64,000 nt of DNA from Lytechinus pictus (GCF_037042905.1 NC_087252.1:41974001-42038000); one strand, 5' to 3'; shown: positions 22,027 through 36,216, counted from the first letter of the stretch. Program-made: numbers and translations. The notes: a model not told the origin generated them from the sequence alone.

Positions 22027-24296
22027 CAAGGCTATGAAAGTAAAATTTATTTCGAGTTATTCTTTTTCTCGCATGCTCTCTCACTCTCTCTATAATTATT
22101 ACATTCCTCTCTTCTCTTATTATCTTTCTCTCTCTCTCATTCACACTTTCCTCACCACTCATTATTTTATTGCAATGTGTGCTTGTGGGTGTATGGGTGT
22201 ATGCGCTTTTATTGTAATGGTAATGCTTTTTAAACTAAAGTTAATTCAATATATGTTTGTATTTCATTGTATTTATTTAATAATGAGCCACAAACACAAG
22301 CACAGGCTGCTTTTAAGACATCCTGGTTTTTTTTTTCTTTATTTTGTAATTTCTTGCTTTTGTTACTTTGCCAAATAAAATTGAATTGAATTGTCTACTC
22401 TTCATCATTCAGCTCGACCCATGAAAATCCCTGCTACGGGCCAGTAAATGATATCCACTCTATTATGATTAGCTTATTAACATGTTTGTAGGCCAAATGG
22501 TACCAAAATGGCCGAAAGCTTGCACAGATGAAGAGGAAACTCATCATCGAGAGCTATTAAACATCTATATAGTTATCATAATTCATCCGAGTGTATCATC
22601 TTTTCCTCGCACCATTGCCATAATCCGAGGTCAAATTTGTTCATCAAAGGGGTAAAAAAAAAATTGTTTCTAGATGTCATTTGTCTGTCGGAACATATTT
22701 GATTGAAAGTATTTCGACTATTACCCACTTTCTATTCATGTTTCATATGCTTTAAGGCAACCTTTACCAAAGCCCGTTTACAGCTAATGTAAAGGGTTCA
22801 ATAATGTGCGTTAAACTGGAGTACCATCTATTTATATTTTCATACAGAAAATGTAAATCGCCAGAGAACCTTTTCCCAAGTCGTTGATTCTTTGTGAAAA
22901 GTTGATATTTCAAGAAAGAAAGAAAGAACACAATAATTATACATTCGTTTTTTCCCCTTAAAATGTAGATTTTTTTAAAAATAAATTCTTTATCAGTTAA
23001 TTTGGAGAACATTTTCAGAATATCTCTAAGCTTTTTTTTCAAAGTACCAAGAAACGGCATAACTTTTGAAAAATAAATTTCAGACCTTCAAGCAGATTTA
23101 GTCAATGCAAACAAATTGTGAAATCAGCGAGACTAATATTTCAATATAATTCATATTAATAACATTTTTGAAAAATAAACATTGTGCAAGAAAGTGCACG
23201 TCCCACGGTGTGTTCGCAATATGTTCACAATATAGAGATGTCCAGGGTGTAGGACGACTATATTCACACTATTAAATTTGAACATTGTTCGGTGTCAATC
23301 ATATATTCACATAATCCGCTATGTAAACACGCTGTGTTGAATTATGTTCAGACTGGTACAGTGCCATATTATACAAACGTTTTCAAGTAAGATAAATATA
23401 TGTATATTATGAACGACCACAATTCATATTTATTTGTTTATTCAATTTTTGCCTCATACGCACCTATATCTACTCAGCATTGAAATATGCAATCACTCAT
23501 GTACTTATAAGACATTATTTCGTAAGATATGATAGAGAAACATTAATGAAGACATTTACAGCATTGATAATAAGTAAGATGGAAGATGAAAATGCAAAAT
23601 ACACCATGGGGAACGCTTATTATCAAGTTTTAAACAAGGTAGGTGATTTCAAGTAGTCCCCAGGGCTGTTTTGTTAAATGTTGGAGTTGAATCAGGCTGA
23701 GATGAGCTCTGAAGTAGACTTTGGACAGTTTCCAACACCATTCTTGAAATTACTCACTAAGATTGCAATAATAATTAAGGAAAAGAAATGAGAAAATTGA
23801 CTCAAAGTAGAATACAAAACACGTTTTAATTGTGTAACGTCAGGATATACAAAAAATTATGAGAGCTAAGTAATTTATTGATGATTTGGACCTTGGACAA
23901 GTGTCGCAACACGCAATAGACAAAATAAGGTCAAGTGTTTTCTGATAAATATTACTTGGTTTCCTCTTCTGATGAGGTATCGTATTCAAATATTTACATA
24001 TGATAGGATAGCAAGTTTGATTTTATTTCTTTGATTTGATTTCTTTATTTACCAACAATATTTACATGTTTACAGGTTATGAAGCAAATTGCATAACAGT
24101 CACACATGTATAAAAATACGATGGTAAATGGGACCAGAAAATAGCACTGGTGCTAATCGAGCCTGGCCCCACAATATTACAAAATGCACATTTAAGAAGA
24201 AAACAACAATTTAAATTGCAATATATCCCTTGTAAAGGATTATCATCAACATTTTATAAGTGTCTTAATTGTATTAATTATCTATTGTAGACTTAC

Positions 24297-24481
24297 ATGA
24301 TGATGGTGTGAATTTATGACAATAAATGACTTTTTAGAGAATTCCTAAACTTTTTCTTGATTTCTTCGATTTCCCAGTGCTATCATTTGAATAATATTTC
24401 AAAGACGAATACAGAGTATTTCTACCTGGCTCTTATCGTACTTTGATTGTATTCACCATGGTTATCAATTCTGCTGATTAC
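24297..24481 (-). pseudogene. Locus C pseudo-exon, probable second death-fold domain (C-terminal half)
   Basis: Boundaries ttgttttaccag|GTA ... CAT|gtaagt. Reads VISRIDNHGEYNQSTIRAR*KYSVFVFEILFK**HWEIEEIKKKFRNSLKSHLLS*, with helical death-domain-like spacing and several stops. Confidence 0.45.
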
Positions 24482-27400
24482 CTGGTAAAACAAATAAATA
24501 TTCTTTTAAACATACTGTCACACCCCCTAGTCATTTCCAAATTACCGCCCTAACATTTTATGTACAATCTCTGGAAATCCAAACAAAAGAGATTTCTACA
24601 TTAAATATCAACATAACCGAATGCAACATGTTTATGTGTTCTTTATTTGATGGAGCAGCTTGCAATAAAAAAAAATTTAATTTAATTTACGTATGGTGGT
24701 TTTATATCATTCTAAAACAAGATTATTTATAAATGTATTATTGATATCATTATTCTAAAACAACATGAGATAATTTGTAAATAACAAAGAGAAATGAACA
24801 TGATAATTTGTAAATAACAAAGAGAAATGAACATAAAAAATATGACAAATAATAAAGAATACAAAGCTGAAAATGGAATGTTGCTGTAAAAAAGCAGATC
24901 GAGTGAAGAAAATACTAAGTCTTATGTACAGGTCAATCTTAGAATGTAATCTGAAATATTCTTAATGGATAATCCATAATTGAACAAGTTTCTTCTTCAT
25001 GTAATAAGTTTCACTCACTTGTGTAACGTATACAAGCATGTATATTACATATTTACATATTTCAGACACAGCATCCGATGCACGCATAATAGAAATGATA
25101 CGAAACATCTAAAACAAAACAACCATCTTATTTTTTGTGAAAGACTGGTGTTATCTCATTTCAACCGCTGTAAGTTATAAAAAACTAGAACCCCTTTGTC
25201 ATTTTTGGATAGAACATTTAGTTCTATTAATGATGGTGGGGGGGGGGGGTCGCAGGCAATGATGAACAATCTCAACGTAGATACATGTGACTCTGTATAG
25301 GGCATTGCAATGGAGGCAAATTGACACTGAGGACCCCTCCGTAGACCAGCAACACCATTATTGATACTGCTGAGAAGGGCAATCCTCCTACTTGTATTTG
25401 TCAATTTTACATGTATCATTTAGTATGCATTGTTATTTGTTTTAACGGAAAAAACAATTCAATTAAAAAACTGGTGGATAAATCGATTTGAATAAAAAAA
25501 TACTGCATGCATGCTAAGATATATAAAACTTATTTCTCGTTTGTCTATTTTTAGGAGCCCACAATATACAAGCTTTGCTTTTCAGTGGGATCCTCCATTT
25601 TCATATATCATAAATCACAAATCTTTTACACATGATTAGTTTTTATGTAAACTTCCTTATAATATGTTTTTTCAAGTTGATTTAATGACATTGGTATATT
25701 TTGTATGATGTTGACTTGTTATGATTGTATTTATTTGATTTATATTTTCTTAAAAATGAAACAAATGAAATGAAAAAATGAAATTTTATGTCCTGAATAG
25801 GAAATGTACGATATTTGCTTTCAATTAATGCACAACATTTGGATGTAATAATGTAATCCCCAAAAAATCACCACTGGAATGAAATAAAATAATAATAGGC
25901 TTTCACTTTCTTACTTTAAAATAAAACATGTGTATTGTGTATATTTGTTTAATTTGTGTGTAATTTAATTCTAATTATTTGACATGCCTAATGACTTGTT
26001 AAAGGCCTACCCTGTCTTGTCCCTCTCTTTACTTTCACTTTTACCTGCACCACCTCGCCTTCTCTCTCTCTCTCCCTCTATTCTTTCTTTGCCACTTTAT
26101 TGTAGTTTTATAACGATTTGTTTTATTTTGGTCTCTCATACTTTGTGATATTTTATGTGGCATTGGTTTTAAGATTGTCTTCGGTCATCTCCATCAGCTT
26201 ACATACCTTTTATGTTTTACTATGTATTTTAACACTAAAACTAAGTTTCAGGGCTTGCCTCTCATACAAGCATATAGCTTTTCTTGGATTTCTGTGTTTT
26301 CGGTACTTTTTGGACAAAGGCAGTTCGATCTATTGAGCAAAGTTCAAATTTGTTCTGTTTCCTATTTTGTAATCAATTTTCATGATTGACATGCTTTGTG
26401 ATATATTTCACTATGTACAGAAAAATCAATTAATACAGTACAAAATATTTATTATGACAACTTTCAATGCCTCTCTGCATAGTACTTTTGATAACACCTC
26501 GTTTATATTAAACAAAACGCAATATTATTACTTTCATCAAAATTTAGTACATATCCAAATCAGATAATAATAAGAAATGTATTATATTTCATTATTCAAA
26601 TACAGCACATAAATCATAAATTAATGAGTTTCCAGGAATTTCGTTAACACAATCAAATACATATTAATAAACTTCAGATCAGATTATTTCAATAAACTGC
26701 ATTGACCCTATAATACAATACATAAAATGCAAATAAAAACCTTGCAATCAGCTGCATGAATTAAAATATGCACGCCTTTACACACACACGCACACACCCA
26801 CCCTCACATACTCCCATAAACACAACGAATCAATAACATTTGATCTTACACACACACAGACACATCCTCATCTGTGCATGTTCGCACACCCCTTCTCAGC
26901 TACAAACGTCATATTAAACTCATCCTCGTGTTTATCTTTCTCTCATTCTTTCTGTTTCTTTCCCTATGCTAGTAAGCAAATGAGCAAGATATTCCTGCAC
27001 AATCTCGTGAATTGTGAGACTTCAAATCTGAAAGAATTTAACCACTTTTTACTCTAATAATATTGATTATTCTTATACCATAGGAAAGGGTAAATGTTAC
27101 TCTTTTATATTGGTCGTTTCTTTTGAATAAAATAATTTGATAAGTGAATTTCAGGCCTTAATAGATGCCTCAAACGGAATTTTCTTCTTCTGTATGTGGC
27201 ACCTCTTAGATGGGTCAGCACCCAACTTTTTCCATCAAGATATGAGAGGAAATTTCTGGAATTTCTGAGAAGTATAAAATCCAGAGTTTTGATTGGCTGA
27301 ATAATGTTTTCAAAACAACAGGCGCGTGTAATTCGAAGAGATAACCACATCGTGAGTGTGATCTTGCAGATGCCCAGTGTGGAAACGTTGGAATTTGCGT

Positions 27401-27769
27401 GAGTGTGTGGTCTCTTTGACCAATCAGAGTGAAGTATTCTTGTTTTATTAGCTGCGAAATGTACTTGGCCTATGAAAAGCAGGCTGCTGACCCATCTAGA
27501 AAAAATCTTCTTATAAAACCAATATCATATCAACGCTTAGATCTTCAGCTTTATCTAAATCTACAGATCATTCTGGCTCAAACAGAAATTAAGTATAAAA
27601 GAACAACTTCGGTTGCATGCGAATAATGCAAACACCCTCTCATCATGAACATTACTAGGATAAAAGAAGCTACCTTTTGAGGACCTGCCAACTGACTTCC
27701 TCTATCTAATCCTTCTTTTTAACATAGTTCATATATCACAAAAATCATGAGTTCCATTAAATCATTAAC

Positions 27770-28056
27770 CAAATAATTAATCAGCGAGGTAGATTTGACC
27801 AGCCTCTTCTAGAGCAGTCTGCAAGGCTTCTAGCTCGGTATTCCTTGTTTGCTTCTTTCTCCAACTACGGAGCATTGAAAGAGTTCCCATTTACAACATT
27901 CCTGTCTCTTTCTTGTTCCCCTCAACATAACGGTCGATATCCTCTGGTCCAAAGCCAAGAGCCTTTCTCAAATTATGTATCTCTTGACGTGAGGCAACCT
28001 TTTCTGCAACGGTTTCTAGAATGTCATCAAAGTCCCCCTCTCGAGCTGGATTGATC
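27770..28056 (-). pseudogene. Locus C death-domain exon (sea-urchin NLR-type DEATH) with two premature stops
   Basis: Boundaries aatctag|GAT ... TTTG|gttaat; 287 nt. Reads INPAREGDFDDILETVAEKVASRQEIHNLRKALGFGPEDIDRYVEGNKKETGML*MGTLSMLRSWRKKQTRNTELEALQTALEEAGQIYLAD*LF, with the LGF...I.RY...GTL.ML..W...L..AL..AG...LAD signature. Confidence 0.82.
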
Positions 28057-28189
28057 CTAGATTATTGATTTGATAAATGATTACAGAGTGTAAAGCTTTT
28101 AACACTGCTGATTTCCACTTTTATTGCAATTCATTTCCCAAATTATCTCTATTCAGATTATTCTGCGTTTTTTTCGCTTCTTAACAATC

Positions 28190-28530
28190 AAGTCCATCCC
28201 TGAAAAATATCGATTTGAATCAACAGAGAAAAATAAATCAAGCATAACGCTAAAATTGTAACCAAAATCGGTTGTGAAATAAGAAATTTCGCTTATTTTT
28301 CACTAAACAGTTATTATGAAAAACTCAGTGATATGCAAATTTCAGAGCCGTTGATGTCCCTCCTTCGTTATTTTTTTTAATTATACAATATTTCAATTTT
28401 TACTGATTTATAAAGGACCGACTTGACTGAACCACAAAATGTTGAAACATGTTCAGGGAGGAATAACGTTTTGTTTTCACGTGATGATAAGGAGAAAACG
28501 GAATATTTCATACAATAAGATGCAAAAAGT
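28190..28530. mobile_element. Truncated copy of the Kolobok-like MITE at 48228-48826
   Basis: caagtccatccc...aaaatcggttgtgaaataagaaa...atatgcaaat parallels 48232-48400. Confidence 0.6.
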
Positions 28531-29663
28531 ACAAAATGTGTTGGTCTCAGGCTAGCTAATCTCGCAACAAGATGAGGCTGGGAAAAAGCTTATGAGCGTA
28601 CCAGTCTTTATTGGTGTTGCGTAAATGGTAAAACTGTAAAACACAACAAGAAAAAGAAAATTGTCTAAATTAAGTATGCAGACACATTATGGAATGTTCA
28701 AGAACAAATTAATGCACATGTTATGAATTAAATCAACTGCAGTATGATTGACATTAATATAAGTAATTACGGACAAAAGGGTTACAGCAGAATTTGGGGT
28801 ATAAAAACAAAAAGAAAGACGTCCTTGACAAACTTCAACCCTTGCAAGAGTATTTTTTGCCAATTAATTGAATCTTAAAACAGCTACCATCAAATATTCT
28901 GTAGAAACGTTACAGAGCAGAAAAAAAGAAAATTCAATCTTAGCGGTAACATAAATAATCTCATCTCAACAAGAAATTAGGCTCACATAACACAAAACAG
29001 GTTTTGTATTATGTCGAGCCTCCACTGTACATACTCATTTATACACATATATTAAAGTCTTTTAAAAGATCTCCTCTTGGCACGAACAGCTTATCATAAG
29101 TAAGATTAAAAATCTGTATAAACTTCCCTAAAAACCATAGACATTTTCCACTAAGGATTTAAAGGAGGGTAAATAACATCATACTTTAATGTGATGACGA
29201 TATCAGCTTACAGACTTGTGCACTTCCAAGCTCTCGATGACGCAAACAGAGATAAAATAATCCAAACATCTGTAATGCTTGGGTTCCATTCATACAACTG
29301 CAAAATAATTTGATATTTTATTTGAAAAAATACAAGATAGATTTCACTTCGAAAACGTTTGTCAAAAACCCCTTTTAAGTGTAGCTTAATTCAACAAGAT
29401 ACATGTACTATAATGAACAAAATTGCATTATGCCTACTGTCTGTACTGAGACTTAAATAGGAGGGGAAAAGAAAGCAGTGATAACATATCAAAGCATACA
29501 AATTTGACATTCTGACACAAATTTTCAAAAAATGTGATAATCTGTCAAGCTAATAGAAACTGCAATAATTGTTTACACAAGGCAAGACAAGTAAGACTTC
29601 ATATGGTATCCAGTAGGCTAGTAGTAAAAGATCATGACACAGTTCAAAGATAAATAAACCTGT

Positions 29664-29880
29664 AGGCCCGAATTCACAAAGGTGGCTTTGAAAACCCACG
29701 GTTGAGTCCATGGTTTATGTAAATTTCCTGTATAAATTACGCTTAATTTAGCGCGTATCCGGCGCGTGTATAAAAATGTCAAATTCCGATGCGCGCTTTT
29801 GTCACAGTGCGTCAAATTGACGCCTGTTACCATGGTTAGATACGCTATTTTATTCATGAGCCCACTGTTTTTATTCAAAA
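29664..29880. mobile_element. Harbinger-like MITE fragment (one end)
   Basis: Starts aggcccgaattcacaaaggtgg; GC/CpG-richer than the flanks. The matching end was not found. Confidence 0.4.
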
Positions 29881-30070
29881 GCGTATTTATTTGAGGAATG
29901 AACTACTTCACAGTTTTGAAATCGATAACTAAGCCATTGATAAAATTTGTCAACAAGTTTTGACATTATGCCCAAATGTCAGGCCTATTGTATTGGCCAA
30001 GATGTATTACAGAGTTTAGCTTGAGTTTAGTCTGATTGTACATTGTATTTTAAGAGATATATTGACTCAC

Positions 30071-30090
30071 CGCATGGGACCTGTGGTCAT
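30071..30090 (-). pseudogene. Candidate first coding exon of locus C (MTTGPM-R)
   Basis: ATG ACC ACA GGT CCC ATG CG|gtgagt; the phase-2 donor matches the phase-2 acceptor of the death-domain exon at 28056. Confidence 0.45.
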
Positions 30091-30172
30091 TTCTGATCCA
30101 CATCCATAGTTGTAAGAGGATTGAGAGTTTGGAGAGGATGGTCAATTGAAATGAGATATGTGGACAGTACAG

Positions 30173-30317
30173 GGGCCTGTTGCAGAAAGAGTTGCGTTTA
30201 AACGCAAGTCAAAAAATCAATCGCAAGTCAAAAATACGCGCTGTTGATTGGTTGAAAATCAAGTTGCGCTTGATTTTTAGAGTTGCAATTGATTGCAACT
30301 CTTTCTGCAACGGGCCC
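30173..30317. mobile_element. Palindromic MITE with CAG 3-bp TSD (PIF/Harbinger group)
   Basis: TIRs gggcc(t/c)gttgcagaaagagttgc, with cag on both sides. Confidence 0.75.
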
Positions 30318-30644
30318 CAGGTCCACTTCTCATATTCTATGGCAGATCATTGTATTCGGAAAGAGAATTATCAATTAGATATTGGAGTGTAGTGAGGAAT
30401 TACAAGTAACTCGTCATGTGTTCAACTTAATCTGAGGGGATTGTTTATTCCTTGAATCCCACATTGATACTTGTATCGTTGACTTATGAGAATTTTGTAA
30501 ATGTGCGCACATAACGACAAGTAGTTTAACGGATACTAAAGGACTGTATCATTGTTGTACTTGGAATTTAGTTCTGATTAAATATGAATTGTGGAGATCG
30601 TAAATGGCATGTGTTTGTTATCCTTATTCTGAATTATATGCGTA

Positions 30645-30806
30645 ACATGTGACATTTACCCTTCTCCAATGTACAAATGCTGAACGTCTAGAAAGAAGGC
30701 AGAAGGTCCCATTTTTTAAGGTCTTTGGTATGAGTCGATCGAGGATCGAACCCACGACCTCCCATTCATGAGGCGAACGCTCTACCACTCAGCCACCATG
30801 CCCGGT
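30645..30806 (-). mobile_element. tRNA-derived SINE fragment
   Basis: Minus strand: tggctgagtggtagagcg (A box) ... ggttcgatcc (B box), followed by cataccaaagacc...aaaatgg, resembling a Meta-type SINE core. There is no intact tRNA acceptor stem. Confidence 0.75.
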
Positions 30807-31179
30807 TTCGACCTTTCTGGCTGGCAACATACCTTTGATGATTCTGATTGGCTACACCAGGGATCACGTGTGTCTTTCCATAACTCCTCTCCCGCGCATG
30901 ATCACACGACTTCAAGAGACTCGTGAAAAAGATAATAATTTAATCACGTCTTGACTTCTTATCGGTGGGAGTTTCCAAAAATTTGACTTTAATAGTTACA
31001 CATGTGTATTTTAGATTTAAAAGATTGCCCTTTTTGGGAAAAAATCCACGTGAAGAACGTAATTACATAGAGCAGTTTGTCATGCCCAAGTCAACACTAC
31101 ACCCCAGATATCTTTTTCGATTGCAATCTGCACTATGAATCATTATTTTATCATTACTTGACAAAGCAATATACCTAAA

Positions 31180-31570
31180 CAAGGGCGCCGGAAGCGGGGG
31201 GGGGGGGCACTTGCCCCCCCCCCCCCAAAAAAAAAAAAAAAAAAAAAAAAAAAACGAGATTTTGTGCCCCCCTTAAAGTAGAAAAATTATAAATTATTTA
31301 AGGAGAAACGTACACGATGAAGGCCCTTTCCTGCCTAAAAATTGTCATTTCCATTGTCAAAAATGAAAAAAATTCGCCCCTGACGGGGCAATTACATATC
31401 ATAGTAAGCTTAAAACGTATCTCCGATCGACAATGAGCCAGCGAAGGTTGAATTCTCTTCTGATCTTATCCTTGTATAAGGACACGGCAGACAAAGCTGA
31501 CATGTGTGAACTATAGTCAATGAGTTCATTAGCGGAGATAGCAAGAGAAAGAACACATTTGCTCATCTTA
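31180..31570 (+). mobile_element. Internally deleted hAT transposon: left end + transposase C-terminal dimerisation remnant
   Basis: G/C-run terminus at 31180. From 31403 it reads SKLKTYLRSTMSQRRLNSLLILSLYKD...VNEFI, the hATC (ZMYM/Tip100-like) LRSTM.Q.RL..L motif. Confidence 0.7.
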
Positions 31571-32091
31571 AAAAGGACTAATAGTTGAGCACAGTCATGA
31601 CAGTGAACATTGTAAATTATCATGACATTCAAAGTTTGTCCGATATTTTGTATTTTTATATAAATGGCCTTTTCATTTTCTTTCATTTTTTTCGTTTTAT
31701 ATATCATCTGGATGGAATCTTTTGCATCTTGGAGGACGTTGAGGGGAAGCAAGTGGTTTTGACAAACGATTTGTGCATTACACATTTTAGAAGAGTGATT
31801 GTATTTGAGTACAGAGTAGAGTGAGCTCACCCATATAGATTCTTATGTTTTGATAATTACGAAATGAAAACAAGATATCAGTATGATACAATAATTTTAT
31901 GTTGCAAGCCTGGACAAATAATATTGTAGCGTATAGCTTAATATTAGCCGTAGACTAATAATGATATTTTCATTATTTTGCCCTTCCTGGTATGTAGTCG
32001 AGTACAAATAGATGTGTTACACTTCTACAAATTCTTGAGAAACACACTGGAATATAATTAGATGATGTTTGAGGGCTTGCATGGTGGTGTG

Positions 32092-32538
32092 TAGCGGATG
32101 TTGTTTACGGTATACACCAAGTGGAGTCTAAATGGATAGAGGAAGAAGTAAAATTGATAGGCGAGAAATTGGAAGATTGAGAGTAGGTCCATACAGTAAT
32201 ATTTCTTGAAAATGTGTGTAGTTCTGAAAATGAATGTAAAACAGAAAAGGTTAAAGAGGTAAAGAGGCTTGAGTAGTTGGATTATTGGATAAAATTAATG
32301 AGAAGATGCTAGCTTGAGTCGGCGAATTGAGTGCAGAGCAGGAGTAGTCATCTATCAACTACTCAAGCCTCTTCAACTATTCAACCTTTTCTGGTTTACT
32401 GTCTTTTCAGGACTACGCTCATTTAAACAAAAAATTACTCGACTATCAACTGTCCACTTCCTCCCCTATCAATTTCACTTCTTCCTCTATCCACTTTTTC
32501 GAAAACTCCACATAGTTTACCGTCAACCACATCCGCTA
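32092..32538. mobile_element. Palindromic MITE with about 190-bp inverted arms, TAG..CTA ends
   Basis: tagcggatg...tggatagaggaagaagt...agaggcttgagtagttg is mirrored by caactactcaagcctct...acttcttcctctatcca...catccgcta. Confidence 0.7.
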
Positions 32539-33399
32539 TTGGAATGTAATTGTTTTATAAATGATATTACATAATGAACATTATGAACTGCGGTAGTTTG
32601 TTAATCAGTTTATGATTATTTACAAATGGATATTTTCTGAAACTTGATATTCATCATTTCCTAGTTATGGTCACATTTCCCCCAGAAAATATGTACAGAA
32701 AAAAAAAAGATTTTGAAGGAGTCATCCAAAAGTGCTTCCCAGCCATAAAAAAACATGCAAAAGGAAACACATAAATCGAGTAATGTTTTAAACATTAATG
32801 ATTTTCAGAAAAGTTTTAAATTGTTAGACAATTAAGCTTGTCATATTTCTCTTTCCTCCAGTTACAAAATATGAAACGTATTGCCAATGCATGGATAATC
32901 AGGGACTATCTCCAATGCTATGATTTGCATAGAATGGGGATTTAAGTGCTTATCGACGTCTGCCACGTCAGAACAGTATGACATTTTGAATTTGAAAAGA
33001 CATTGATTATAATTTGTTTTGTTTCTGTTGTTACGCTTATTCTGCTTAATACACTCCTTGTTCTGACAGGAATTACTTGAAACGTATGATGATTGTGCTC
33101 TCTCGCGTCGTCCGTGTATGTAAATGTACATAAATAAATGTTTCTGAAAGGATATTACGTGGAAAATGTAATTTCTGGTATTTTGAGTCAATATAAGCGT
33201 AATACGTAATTTAATTGATCAGACATGAAAACCACATTCCGAAGCGATCGTTTTGTGCGTAGATTTCATAGGTTCTCATAAATAATGAGTATAGTCTTTC
33301 GTAGTGAATTCTATGTTTAATTCTCAAAATTGCATATTGAGCATACACAAGGACTATATGTATATCTGTTGTTTTTTTCATGTGTGAAATAAAAACCAA

Positions 33400-35660
33400 C
33401 TATTAATAATTTTTCGTTTGATATGATTTTTTCTTTAAACATTAAATTAATCAAATCCACAATACGTTTCCAGAAAAGCTTTACGCTTGGGCATTCTAAA
33501 ACAACATGAACAAAAGATTATGTTGTTTTACAGAAAATACAAAAGTTGTCTGTTACAATTTTCCATCTCCACAAGTTGTATCTTAACGGTAAAATCCTAT
33601 GAAGAGTTTTGAAGTTGAGTTGCTTTATCTTATTGTTTTTCAATGTCTTAAACTTAAATTTCAATGTGTCTTTCCAGTCAAAATCAATTGCAAGGTTCAA
33701 TTTACCTTCCAAGGATGTTAAAGCAGCCGGTTCTCTTTTCTTAAATTCACACAATAAACTATAGAAATTGCGAGACTTCATTGGTCGTAGTCTAATAAAA
33801 TCAAGCGTTCTAATTTCGAATACGTCGCTTCCGTATTGTGAGTTTGTTTCATCATTATCTGCATAACTTATGTCTAGAATTCTTTCGATCCAAATTTTTG
33901 GTAACGCATTTTTCAGTTTCGAATATTAATTAACAATTAATTTGAGCCAAGCACTCGACAAATATGTTCTCTTGGCCGAAATCGTCCATTTTCTACAATG
34001 TCATTAATCGTTATAATGTCTTTTTCAAACCATTTAAAAAAAATAAAGGTTTTCTATCATGTGTGATATTACTATTGTACCACAAAACTTGATTTTCAAC
34101 ATTTACAATGTCTGGAAACTGAATATATTTAAGTTCACTCCAAGTTATGAGACAGTCTATATAAAAGTCGGGTACCTTTTGTTTTACGCGCAACTTTAAC
34201 ATATCTTTACTGAAACAATTTGTTTTCCAAAAAAAAAAAAGGCCATATTTTTTAAATCCAATATCTAAACATAAACTTCCACGGTACATCATTATCCTTT
34301 TCAAAGAATCTACTCAACCATGATAAATGTAAGGATTGGAATTTAGATTTCAGATCTATCATTCGCAGTCCTCCCCTTATAATATCATTAATCAAGACTG
34401 CTCTCTTGGCTTTTTCCTCGTTTTGAATTCCATAAAAAATTATACATCAGTTTATTGAGATCAACAACTAGTTTCTGGGGATGGGTAATACAGAGGCAAC
34501 GTAAACAAATTGAGAAATTACTAATGATTTAAGAATCAAAACTTTACCATAGTAAGTTAAATTTCTCATTTTCCAAAAATCTAAAATTCATTTAACTTTT
34601 TGAAGTTTCATAAACCAGTTCAGTCGTTCAGACTCTTTTTTATCACTTGTTAGATACATTCCTAAGTACTTGACAGGTTCAAGATTCCATTTAATACCTT
34701 CAATGAATGCATGTTGTTGTTGCATAGTGACAGCATTTGTTTTCATCACATTTAGGCTTGGCCCAGCAAAGAAACCAACAAGTTTTACTTCTTCAAGACA
34801 TAAGTTGGCAGATTGAATGTTGTTTAAAAAGAGAACAGTGTCATCTGCAAGTTGAGATATCTTAAATTCTTTTGAAATACCAGTTCAGTAGATACTACAG
34901 TGATACCACTGATATCAATATTCTGCTTTATTTTTAATGCCATAATTTCAACAACAAGAATAAACAATAGAGCGGACAGAGGGCAACCCTGTCTAATTCC
35001 TCTTTCTATTTCAATTTTTTTTCGAAATCCAACCATTATTCATGACACTCCCTCCAACATTTGCGTAAAGGACCTTAACCCATGTAATACAAGATTCTTT
35101 AAATTTAAGTTTGTATAATATTTGAAATAGAAACTGATGGGTAACCATATCGAAAGCTTTTCGAAAATCAAGAAAAATAAAAATGCCTGGGTGATTATTA
35201 TATTCACAATATTTTATAATATCTTTAACCAAACGTAGATTTTGCATAGCAGAGCGCTGTTTTAAATAACCTGATTGATCAAAAGAAATCAATATCTATA
35301 ACACCTCTTCATCTTGTACACAATACTTTTGCTGCAATCTTATAATCAGTGTTGAGCAATGATTTAGGTCTCCAATTATCTGGATATTGTTTATCACCTT
35401 TCTTGTACAGCAAAGTTAATATAGCTAATTTCTGAATTTCTGATAACTGTTTTTGAATAAAACCTTCATTCACACTATCTATTATAAGGGATTTAACATC
35501 GTCCCAAAAATACTTTAAAAATTCAACAGATAAACCGTCACTACCTGGCGACTTATTGTTTTTCATAGAAAGTAAAGCATTACGACATTCTTCCTCAGTA
35601 AGTATACCTTCGCATGACAATGCTTCTTGTTCTGTTAACGTTGGTAATATAGTTGAACGA
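33400..35660 (-). mobile_element. Decayed 5'-truncated L1/Tx1 LINE (RT + C-terminal zinc knuckle)
   Basis: KSPGSDGL..EF, NWRP.SLLNTDYKI, LDFRKAFD, RGIRQGCPLSALLF, QLADD, LWYNSNI, KTLHRIL...CIFC, split across several broken ORFs. Confidence 0.9.
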
Positions 35661-36216
35661 CCGTCTTGACATCAGAGCATTTAGTGTTTGCTAAGTCAGG
35701 CAATCAAGGTGATCGCTGGATCGCTCTTGAGGTAAGTAATCTTGAACACATTGGAATATAATTTCAGATGCTTTAACATTGTGATGGGGGTCTCTAACAT
35801 TCATGAAACACAGCGCTCCCATTGCTTGGCTTGACATAATGCTGTTCTCCCCCTCTTGTCACTAAATCACAAAACGTGGCTATAGTACAATATCATAAAG
35901 AACAGCATGCAATGAACACAGGAATCTATAAATTATTTTTTTATTTCCATACGTACTGTATATTCCCAATTTATTATCAAGATACATTTAACAAGTTCTT
36001 TTGAAATTTACACTATCAATCTATAGAAAGTACACATGGTGCAAGCAATAACAACACCATTGCATGCTAAAGATTTTCATTATTTCAGTGAGATATTTAC
36101 ATGAGCAAATTGATGATGTCATATCGTCTCCGTTTTTTGTATTGTATTATATAAAATAATGGTCATTCAAATTTTTCCTCCAATGGTAGAAAACATTGGA
36201 TGGACAACATATTGTA

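Noticed and set aside
23640-23756. Possible further exon of locus C
   Set aside because: The boundary can be read as either acceptor or donor, all frames stop quickly and there is no recognisable motif.
27095-27724. Possible solo LTR (tgtta...taaca)
   Set aside because: No matching TSD; probably some repeat, but the class cannot be supported.
30735-30806. tRNA gene (CAT anticodon-like)
   Set aside because: The acceptor stem is not paired and it continues into a SINE core; treated as a SINE head.
35670-35740. Plus-strand donor GAG|gtaagt suggesting an opposite-strand exon
   Set aside because: Isolated signal with no supporting ORF or partner exon.
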